Source of the DNA: Flectonema sp. DT1601
Taxonomy: Eukaryota
Assembly (NCBI GenBank): GCA_964019425.1
Contig: OZ025798.1
Coordinates: 868,001 to 932,000, forward strand
DNA: 64,000 nucleotides
Direction of reading: 5' to 3'
The notes beneath the pieces were generated by a model. It ran no database searches. It worked only from the letters and a program-made list of their open reading frames with translations, and had not been told where the DNA came from. Shown here piece after piece: positions 50,269-60,100 of the stretch (its first letter is position 1; every line of letters begins with the position of its first letter). A program made the translations under genes and the position numbers.

Positions 50269-51529
50269 ATGGATATCCGAAACAGAAAGGAGAAGAAGGC
50301 TCTTGATCCTTCTATCTTCGAAGAACCTGAAGATGAGACAGAATCAGCAATAGAAAAAGAAGAAGTAATATCTCAACACATGAGATCAGCATCAGGAGAC
50401 AGTGAAGGTATATTAGTTGGATACGAACATGAACACGAAACTGATGACCAGCATAAGATATCAAAAAACAACTCACCAGAGGAATCAGAAACCAACAGTC
50501 CACTCAATAATACTCTAACAAACCTTCAAGCAACTCTCAGAGAAGAATTCATAAAGAACGTTGCAACAAATCCACACATAGAACAGACACTTGTAAAATT
50601 AAAACCTGCCTTCGTCCAAGCATCAAAAGTAATTGACATCCTCGGACCATACATAAGATTAACCTATATAAATGCTAAGGCAATATGGAATACGATTCCC
50701 ATTGAGATTATTCAGGCTCTCGTAGGTCTTGTGCTGTGCTTTTTTGGAGGTGCTTTCGTGACAGTGGTAGCAGCAGTGGAAGCCTTTCTCTTGTGTGGAG
50801 GAAAACGAGCTCTTAGAGACATGAGGCAGATATACCGCGACTACAAGAGGGTCACAAGAGACCAAAAGAGATCTGCTTCGCAGACTAATGTGAATGCGTC
50901 ACCAACAGAAAAGCTTTTGTTAGCAATGCGGAGTGTTAAAGATCCAGACAGACTGAGTGGAAATTTCTCATCTGTGTATACGGCAGTGCTTGCGGTTTTT
51001 ACAACCTTACGTCTTCACTTTGCGAGAACTATTACATTAGGCGCTGCGATTGGTGACATGCTGCGTCCAACAATTCAGAAATATTGCCGACCCTCTATTC
51101 AGGCTGTTGTAGAACCTACATATCATAACTGGATTCCTGTCGCGCTCGATTGGTCAGCTCGCTTCTTCGGTATATCAATTGCTTGGTATGCGCAACGTGT
51201 TGTCGCTGCACTGCAATCAAGTTTGAGAGGAGCGTTGCTATTTACAAAGCACTCCTTCAGATTTTTGGTTCGCCATCACGTAATTGATTCTACCTCCGAA
51301 CCTGTAGAGCAGTTGGCTGGTTACTTGTTAGCAGTTGTCGGATTCTATTGTCAACTAACGTGGTGGTATGTATTTTGTTGTATTCTTTTTGTTGATGATC
51401 AAATGCAGTTTTATTTTTGTTCTTATTTTCAAACCAAAATATCAAAACAGCTTCACAGTTCCATTTCCACTTAATTTCTTCGTATGGCCATTATCCGTAT
51501 TTGAGAGTTTTTTAATGATGTTGATGTAG
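50269..51529 (+). CDS. Uncharacterised multi-pass membrane protein; exons 50269-51365,51451-51529
   Basis: GLVLCFFGGAF..VAAVEAF, FARTITLG, ISIAWYAQRVVAALQSSLRG; spliced C-terminus FTVPFPLNFFVWPLSVFESFL. Confidence 0.75.
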
Positions 51530-52552
51530 GGAATTGCGTGACACCAACGCATAAGAGTTATGCCATCGCCAGCACATAAAATGGATGATAAATATATTTT
51601 TATTTTTTAGTTTATATTACTTCTAATCCTTCACCCATATCAAAAAATTGCTGCTATACCTATCTTAGTCTGTCCTGTACGTGCCACACGTTATGTAATC
51701 GTGTGACTCGAAAATTGTTTTTTCAATTTGGTTCTTACCTACTGCTGTTCTGTAGTGACTTATATGTCTTTGAGGAAGAGTAATCTACTTTATGTGTTGT
51801 ATATTGAAGAAAATGAGTGCGATGTCATTCTGTGCACGAGATGGAAATCTCAACTAACAATGGCTGCATTGTAATTCTGTATGATATGTTGCTTACTTGT
51901 CTTGATAGTGTTTTTAGTTTAAGAATTTTAGTTACTTGAATCTGTTTTTTTTATAATATGCTGCTGGCTCTAAAGTTGTCGGTGGTGTTTCTGTTAGGGA
52001 AACGTGAGTTTAGTCTTCTCAGTTTTTCTATCAAAAAAAAAAAAGACAACAACAAAAAAAAAAAAAGTGATAGAGAAAAGGAGATTAATCTTATCTTATC
52101 GCTTACAGGTGGTACCAAAATGTTGAACACGTGATCTCTCAAGAATGAGATTCTTTCTTCGGTTGATGAGAAGTATTTGTATAAACGATTACGTGTTGTA
52201 TCTGCACCCCCCCCCCCCCTGGTACTGGTAGTGTGCTACGAACCAGCGTATTCTTGTCATGTTATTTATCTTTTCATTTTTTCTCACCCCTGTAACTACC
52301 CACCCAGATAATTTTTATTGGTTACCCATTAATGCATTAATGTTTTCAAGCTGTAACGACCTGCAGGGCATGGGATGCTCAACCTGTAGTGCGTGGTCCC
52401 CGGGTCAATTTGACTTGACAGCATTTCTTTCTCTGGTAGTTTATTTAAAGCATGCGATTTTGTGTGGACAGAATCCAGTAATAATGATTCATGTCTAATT
52501 TGTTGCGTGTTAACCTTGATTTATTTATCCAAGTCCCCTCAACAGCGAAAAA

Positions 52553-53387
52553 ATGTTTAATTTTTTTCGTGGAAAGGACTCGGGCATTGATTTCGTAGAC
52601 AATGACTCGGTGTTACCACCTCAAGTTGTTCATGGTGATGTTGCCGGACGTGTTCGAGTTGAATCTGAATTAACTGTTGATGGTTTATCTCATGAGATGA
52701 GATACGGTGCCATAACTGACGAAGAGTATGCGAAGATCTTTGCCGCAAGAACCCCAGCAGAAATCAAGGTGTGATATTTATTAATTAGTTCTACGTGTTG
52801 TAAGGTACACATTATTACATCTTCTACAATCATAACAACAACAGTGGGAAGAAGAAGCAGCTTGGAGATTATATCCAAAATTAGCGATGGGAGCAGTCGC
52901 TGGAGCAGTATTAGGGTTCGTATTTTACAAAGGTCATACCACAGGATTAATGCGACTACGAGCTCGACTAGTACGAGAACAGGGAAAGAAAGTTCTCAAC
53001 GAACCTGATGTGTCGCTAAACGCTTGGGTTGCTGATCCAAGTAAGTTACGTAGAGCGAAGTACCTTTATGTATTCGTTGGTGCGTTTGTAGCTTTTTGCA
53101 ACACCTTTCCAATGTACTATCCTGTGTACCTGGAAGAGGTCGCATCAATGCCAAATAGTAAAATGGCACTCGGAATAAAGCGTATGCATAGACAACTCTA
53201 CTTGAGAGACAGCGTGGCGATGAATGCCGTGTCTGAGGAGAGCGTAGGAGAAGCCAGAACTAGATACGAATCAAAAATGATAGGCGAAGATAGACCAGTA
53301 AGAGACAGAGCTACCGTACCAGCTGAACTAGCAGCGAGCGCCGGACTTGCAGGAGGACTTGGAGGAGGATATAAAGCTGGAGGGTGA
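52553..53387 (+). CDS. Hypothetical two-TM protein; exons 52553-52768,52845-53387
   Basis: GT-AG intron 52769-52844 joins ORFs 52553 and 52887 in frame; two hydrophobic segments. Confidence 0.7.
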
Positions 53388-53919
53388 TCATTATATTATA
53401 CTCTGCTAGGTACTTCATGACGCTGTCTGTGCTTGAAAGACTCCATCGGAGACTGTCTATATATTTTTTTCATTATCGATGCCGCTAAGATCCCTCGTTG
53501 AAATACTAAACTTAGGTCATGAAGTACATCGCTATATTCATATTATCACTAAGGTATCCTTCAGACAAATTCAACTACTGAAGCCCGAAAGGCTCTTAGT
53601 TGCCAAAGTCTCATTGGGATCACACTTTGGCAACATTCGATAAAAAAAAAAAATAATAATAATGATTGCTAACAATAATACAGAAACACAAAAAAAAGAA
53701 AAGAAAAAAAAAAGGTGGGAAAAAAAAAAAAAAAAATGACTGATAACACACGTCGTGTGTGAGGATCTCAATAGTGATTGACATTGGGATGAATTTAGAT
53801 ATGTGTGCCATGGACATCTTTTTTTTCATAGTCCATCTTGCCACAAGGTGAATTCTTCGAATGATTTGTAATACGAGTTTGTGTCCATTTGTCATGATCA
53901 ACAGGAACACCAGGTCAAG

Positions 53920-55131
53920 ATGAACGTGTTGAAAGGACTCACTTCTCCGCAAGGAAAATTCTTTACAGCATGCATTGATGGAGATAAGATTGCATTGAAA
54001 AAAATACTAGCTCAGATAAATATTGATGCCTACAACAGTAATGGATTAACAGGTGCTCACTTAGCTGTTCAACATGGTAGACCAGATGTATTGGGATTAC
54101 TTATTGATGCGGAAATTGATTTGAAAGCAGAAGTTCAAAGAGGAGAGTTATCAGGATACACTGTCACACATTTAGCTTCAATGTTGCCGGGACGTGGATC
54201 TTGTTTGCAAGTTTTATTACGTAGAACGACTAGTCATGTACGAACAGAACAAGGATGGACACCATTACACTGCGCTGCGTTTTCTGGTCGGTTTGAATCA
54301 GTTCGACTCCTCCTCGAAGCTGATTGTAATCCTGACGTCCAAACACATGACGGACGAACTCCATTAATGATGGCATCAAACACTGCGATGGTAAAAATAG
54401 TTCGACTACTGTTAGGAGCTGCTTGCAATACTTCAATCACTGATCACAATGGATACACTGCATTGGAACACTCTCTCGATATCCGATCATTTAAAATCCT
54501 TCCAACAAACATCCTGCGACCAGAAGCATACGAATGTTCTTATCTATTAATACTCTCAGGTTGTAGTGTGAGTATTCATTCAGATGATGGTGGTCCTTTT
54601 AGATATGTAAGTGAACAGTGGAATACTCTATTCACGATGGTATCAAAGTATAGAATTGAGCTATTACGAGGAGGGGCTTTGCCTTTTGCAGGGTTTGGAG
54701 GAGCTACCCTGGCTGGTCCTTGCGGTTTGTCATTTCGAGAACTTCTGACGGCAGAGAGTGCAGTGTTGGAGTCAATAGGAATGCCGTACGCTGATGTAAA
54801 GAAACTTATTACTGTTTTACCGAGTTTGTGGATCTTTATTTCTAAATCAACTGCTGCATTATCTCCACAGAGAAAACACTACAACAGACCGACTCCTCCA
54901 ACCAACTTCTCTGTCTCTCGCTTTCGGTGGTTGTCCAGAGCTGCGACTGGTTTACGCAATAAAACCCCTGCTCGGCTCCAAACTATTATACTTGCAGTCA
55001 TTTTATATATCATCTTTTGGATTGGTGTTATGGCTGAACGCTATAAACAACATCCTCTCCTGTATGTGTTTATGTACTTCGTTCCGGATCCATTCTACGA
55101 ACCTATGGAAGAAGATCCTGATTCGTTGTGA
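53920..55131 (+). CDS. Ankyrin-repeat protein with C-terminal TM segment
   Basis: NGLTGAHLA, GWTPLHCAA, DGRTPLMMA, NGYTALEH; TM IILAVILYIIFWIGV. Confidence 0.85.
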   Translation: MNVLKGLTSPQGKFFTACIDGDKIALKKILAQINIDAYNSNGLTGAHLAVQHGRPDVLGLLIDAEIDLKAEVQRGELSGYTVTHLASMLPGRGSCLQVLLRRTTSHVRTEQGWTPLHCAAFSGRFESVRLLLEADCNPDVQTHDGRTPLMMASNTAMVKIVRLLLGAACNTSITDHNGYTALEHSLDIRSFKILPTNILRPEAYECSYLLILSGCSVSIHSDDGGPFRYVSEQWNTLFTMVSKYRIELLRGGALPFAGFGGATLAGPCGLSFRELLTAESAVLESIGMPYADVKKLITVLPSLWIFISKSTAALSPQRKHYNRPTPPTNFSVSRFRWLSRAATGLRNKTPARLQTIILAVILYIIFWIGVMAERYKQHPLLYVFMYFVPDPFYEPMEEDPDSL

Positions 55132-55261
55132 AAAGAAAGTATTATTATTATTTAGTTATGTAAACCTGTATTAGAGTTGGGTGATTGTTGTGTCTTTTTT
55201 TTTCCTGAATCTTATTAATATTTATTTTTCTTATATTCAATCATCAGTTTGTATTCTTATA

Positions 55262-55528
55262 ATGCACATCTCCTCAAGTGGTGGGAAGCCTGCTGGTCCA
55301 TCGAATAGTATTGAAGAGGTGTTGGGTATTCAACCAAAAACATTATCAAACCTTCACACTATTAACAAGCAGAACAAACCAAAGAAATCGAATCTTCATC
55401 ACGGCAAGACTATTGAAGAGAGGCTACATGTTGCTCCAAGACAGAAGAGAATTTCACATTTAGTTGACAGTAAAGTTCGTTTTAAAGACTCTGGTGACAC
55501 TCTCAGCACCGGCTGGGATGGAGTGTAA
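55262..55528 (+). CDS. Possible small hypothetical protein (88 aa)
   Basis: ATG after a pyrimidine tract and AG; coding-like composition between two genes on the same strand. Confidence 0.4.
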   Translation: MHISSSGGKPAGPSNSIEEVLGIQPKTLSNLHTINKQNKPKKSNLHHGKTIEERLHVAPRQKRISHLVDSKVRFKDSGDTLSTGWDGV

Positions 55529-55745
55529 TCCTCTCTTGTTGATGAGCTGTTGTTTTTGTTTACACCCACGTCATAGAATCTCATACAAGGTATAGTTATA
55601 GGTCAGTTTTGGTTTTATCTGTTTTTTTTGTGATTTTTCTTGAATTACACGTCTCGATTTAGTTTATTATTATGATTGTAAAGAGTTCAACTTCTCAAAC
55701 TTTAATACGTTCCTTCCAACAGCAATACTTCATTTACACTAATTA

Positions 55746-57056
55746 ATGCTTCCGATACTTACTCCTAGTTTGGTAGAAGAAATACCTCGTTCACGAGAGC
55801 TTATGTATGAAGTATATACAAATCAAGAACCTGAAGGTCTTTGGAAGAGAACACTCTCACAGCTGGAAGAACTGACAGCAGTAGGAGTAAGAATACTGGT
55901 GCTTCCACCTTTGGGGAAAGGAGTGGGTGGGAAAGAATCCAATGGTTCAGATCCACATGATTATTATGATATTGGTGGCTATGAGCAACATGGTTGTGTC
56001 GCTACCAAATGGGGGAGTGAATTAGAATTGAGGAAACTGATAGAAAGAGCAAGAGAGCTCTCTATTCACGTAGTCTGCGACATAGTAATTGTATCTTGTT
56101 CTGACACTGGCAGCTTTAACACTGCTTCACACATGTTTAAAAGAGATAACACAGTAACCGTAACATCACCTTCTAAACCGGGAAAACGATTCTTACTATT
56201 ATCCCATTCCCACATCAAAGAGCAGTTGTTGTCGTATGTCAGTTATTTAACAACGTTAGGCATCACAGGTCTTAGATGGTTGCAGTGTGAATTGATACCC
56301 CCTTCGCTTATAACACTTATTCATTCAAAGGTTGACATGCTTCGTATTAGCATATTCCAACACAGTTGGGGTGGTCTCTCAAGAGGTCTATACAACAGAC
56401 GAAAGACGTTAACAAATTGGTTAGCAGATCTAGAACAGTGCATACAGTCTGATTTAGTGTCTGGGAATAGCTGTTTGCCGAAGTCTTTGCAACGGCTTCC
56501 ATCATTCTTAATAATGAATTGTATACATCAGCATGCGATATATAACGTAATCTCTGGTGATATGTCCTGGTCTGCTTTTCTCTCTGGTTGTACTGATTTT
56601 CTTGCTGAAAGCAGTAGTCATATATCGAATTGTTTATTTATTGAATCGGCTGTACTTCCAAACGACTTACAAGAGATACTATGCGGTTGTAAGACTGACA
56701 GCGAGATTGATTTCTTAAAAATTAGTTTGGTGTTTATTTTTGCATTTTCGAACAGTAAACAAGTTGCTTTGATCTCACCACACTATTTTGAAGATCCAAC
56801 AGTCAGAAAAATGATTGCTACGTTGGTAAAAATTCCGCTTTCAAATCCTTTTGTAGTGTACGCTGATGATACTCTGATTGTAGTAACAAAAGGGAGTTAC
56901 TTTTTTATAATAAATACTTCTTGTTCTGAAAGACTTCTTTCAATCGATTCTCTTTCAGGATCAACGAGTATCCTTACTAACCGAACAATACCTTTGGAAG
57001 GTAATTACACAATGCCTAAACGACATGCTGACGTTTTTAAACTCGGTGGTTCATAA
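55746..57056 (+). CDS. Degenerate GH13 alpha-amylase-like protein, probably non-catalytic
   Basis: GVRILVLPP, GSDPHDYYDIG, TKWGSELELRKLIERA, VVCDIV. Conserved region II reads GITGLRWLQC instead of GxDGFRxDA. Confidence 0.7.
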   Translation: MLPILTPSLVEEIPRSRELMYEVYTNQEPEGLWKRTLSQLEELTAVGVRILVLPPLGKGVGGKESNGSDPHDYYDIGGYEQHGCVATKWGSELELRKLIERARELSIHVVCDIVIVSCSDTGSFNTASHMFKRDNTVTVTSPSKPGKRFLLLSHSHIKEQLLSYVSYLTTLGITGLRWLQCELIPPSLITLIHSKVDMLRISIFQHSWGGLSRGLYNRRKTLTNWLADLEQCIQSDLVSGNSCLPKSLQRLPSFLIMNCIHQHAIYNVISGDMSWSAFLSGCTDFLAESSSHISNCLFIESAVLPNDLQEILCGCKTDSEIDFLKISLVFIFAFSNSKQVALISPHYFEDPTVRKMIATLVKIPLSNPFVVYADDTLIVVTKGSYFFIINTSCSERLLSIDSLSGSTSILTNRTIPLEGNYTMPKRHADVFKLGGS

Positions 57057-57157
57057 GTTATTTTTTTATTTAAATTCTTTATTATTATTATTACATAAAA
57101 AAAACAACGAAGTTTTATTAAATTTTTTTTTTTCCTCCTAAGACTTAACAAGAAATA

Positions 57158-60100
57158 ATGAGTGAGGACACTTCGGGAGGGATAAGCAGCGCATACACAG
57201 ATGGCTGTATGATTGTTTATGGTGGACAAGCAAGTGACAGAGTATGGCTTTTAGACACAGCAAGCTGGAAGTGGAGAGAAGTTGAATGCAGTGGAGACAT
57301 CCCAAGTGCAAGACGCTACCACACAGCATGTGGTTATAGGGATCGTATGATAGTATTTGGTGGTGAGGGTGTGATGGAACAAAATACTGTATCAAGAGAA
57401 CACCAATTATACGGATTAGATCCAAGAAGTGGTAATTGGACTGCGATAGCAACAGTTGGAGAGCAACCCGTAGCGAGATCTCATCACTCAGCAGTCATAA
57501 CACCTAATGAAGCCATGGTAGTCTTTGGAGGTAAACCTACTCACACTAAAAACATCACTTGCGAATCCCTCCGGGAAGACGTTCGTCTCGGATTCTACGA
57601 CATTTACATCCTCAACTTAATTAACTTATCCTGGCACAGAATAGAACGATATGATCCAATAGCTCCAATGCTCTGGGGTCATAGTTCTGCGCTATTTCGC
57701 CATTTTATGATGGTGACGGGGGGATTCGAACTTGACATTTCCGATACACACATGACGGTAAGTCAGCCGACAGCTGTCATGTCGACGACTGTTTATATTT
57801 TCGACCTGTCTCGTTTTGAATGGAAAAGAGCGAATCCGAAGCCTGACAGATCATTAATACCTGTGGCGAGAGCATTGCATTCAAGTTTTTGTATCGACGC
57901 ATCAATAATTATGTTTGGTGGACTCGCTATTGATAAACACGGTCGACCTAATAACATTCACGATTGTTGGATTTACGACATTTCATCAGGCGAATGGAGA
58001 ACATTTCCGTTTTGCCTCAGTCACTGGAATGGTAAAGTCCCTCTTGGCGTTACTATTGGTGAGACAAAAACAACTTTGTTGATCGCAAATAATCAAACAA
58101 CAGCTTACATTATTGACATCAACAGAGACGATACTTGGCATGAACAAGAATGTGATCCGTCAGAATTATATGCAAATAAAGTTTATGGAAATCAGATAGC
58201 AGTTCCAGATGAAATACATGAACCACTCGTTGAAATAGATGAGGAAGCTCTTCAAGCACAACTCTATCAGCAATATTTAGAAGAACAGCGGATAGCTGAA
58301 GAACAAGAGAGGGATCAAAACAGAATGAGATTACAGCAACAGCTTGATGAAGAAACTCGTCTTCGTCAGGAAGCAGCTATTAATGATTTACAAGGTAGGA
58401 TTGCATCTCTGAAGGGTGATTTGGGAAGTTTAGAAAACATATATCGAACTGGTGGCGCTCCATCTCCTGATCAAATCCACGGAACTAAATCAGATCATCC
58501 TGACGTATCCCCTCCTCGTGATGGAACTACTTCACTTCATACTCGTAAAGCAGGACCAGAAGATGCCGCAGCACATGATATGCAGCAACTTCAAATATCT
58601 CAGCTACTCTCAACTCTGAGTTCTCTTCAACAACAATCTCGTGCTGCTGTTGAAGAATCTTCAAAAAGACATATTGATGAACTCGCTGAAGCAAAACGTC
58701 TCCACGCTGAACGCCTGGCTGCCATCAAACAACAGCAGCAATTAGAACAAGAAAACCAACTGAAACTCGCTGAAGTAGAAATGGAACAATCAAATGCAGC
58801 AGTAATGGCGAGACAGATGGCACTCTTAAAGGAGCAGCAGGAAGCGTTACTTGCGCTCCAAAAACAAGTAGGTGACCCACCACCGAAGCGGCCTGCGGAG
58901 TCGGAAGTTCCAGATAATGTGAGAAGCATGGCGAGTGCCATAAGGAGATTACAGGGTCAAACAACAAGACCACATGAACCAGCAGCTCCAGATGGGATAC
59001 CTGAAGTACTTGGATTACAAGCAGCTCTATCAAAGTTAAGAGACGTTGAGTCAAGTAGAGGAAGTAGTAGACCATATGAACCTATCCCTCAAGGTATACC
59101 AGAAGTCATGAATCTACGATCCGCTTTAAGTAGACTACGTGACACTGACAGCCCCAAGAGATCACCGCCTCGATCTAGCAGCAAGTCGCACATTGATAGC
59201 CTCCGCCACCAACTCCAAGCCATTGATCAGGCGACACGATCTGGCTCTGTCAGAACACAGGGCAAGAATGTATGTCTAGTTTTCTTTTTTTGGGTTTACA
59301 AATATTTAAAAAAAGAAGACATCTTTTTGGTCACCTCTGACTTGCTTATTCAGGGAGGTGAATGATCCGGTGTCGAGATGTGAGTTAGACCAAAGTAAGA
59401 AAAGACATCTTTTTGGTCACCTCTGACTTGCTTATTCAGGGAGGTGAATGATCCGGTGTCGAGATGCGAGTTAGACCAAAGTAAGAAAAGACATCTTTTT
59501 GGTCACCTCTGACTTGCTTATTCAGGGAGGTGAATGATCCGGTGTCGAGATGCGCGTTAGACCAAAGTAAGAAAAGACATCTTTTTGGTCACCTCTGACT
59601 TGCTTATTCGGGGAGGTGAATGATCCGGTGTCGAGATGCGAGTTAGACCAAAGTAAGAAAAGACATCTTTTTGGTCACCTCTGACTTGCTTATTCAGGGA
59701 GGTGAATGATCCGGTGTCGAGATGTGAGTTAGACCAAAGTAAGAAAAGACATCTTTTTGGTCACCTCTGACTTGCTTATTCAGGGAGGTGAATGATCCGG
59801 TGTCGAGATGCGAGTTAGACCAAAGTAAGAAAAGACATCTTTTTGGTCACCTCTGACTTGCTTATTCAGGGAGGTGAATGATCCGGTGTCGAGATGCGCG
59901 TTAGACCAAAGTAAGAAAAGACATCTTTTTGGTCACCTCTGACTTGCTTATTCAGGGAGGTGAATGATCCGGTGTCGAGATGCGAGTTAGACCAAAGTAA
60001 GAAAAGACATCTTTTTGGTCACCTCTGACTTGCTTATTCAGGGAGGTGAATGATCCGGTGTCGAGATGCGAGTTAGACCAAAGTAAGAAAAGACATCTTT

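Noticed and set aside
59270..59365. ORF-track C-terminus of the kelch protein (VCLVFFFWVY...QGGE)
   Set aside because: Read-through into the intron and first repeat unit; a GTATGT donor and a matching downstream exon exist.
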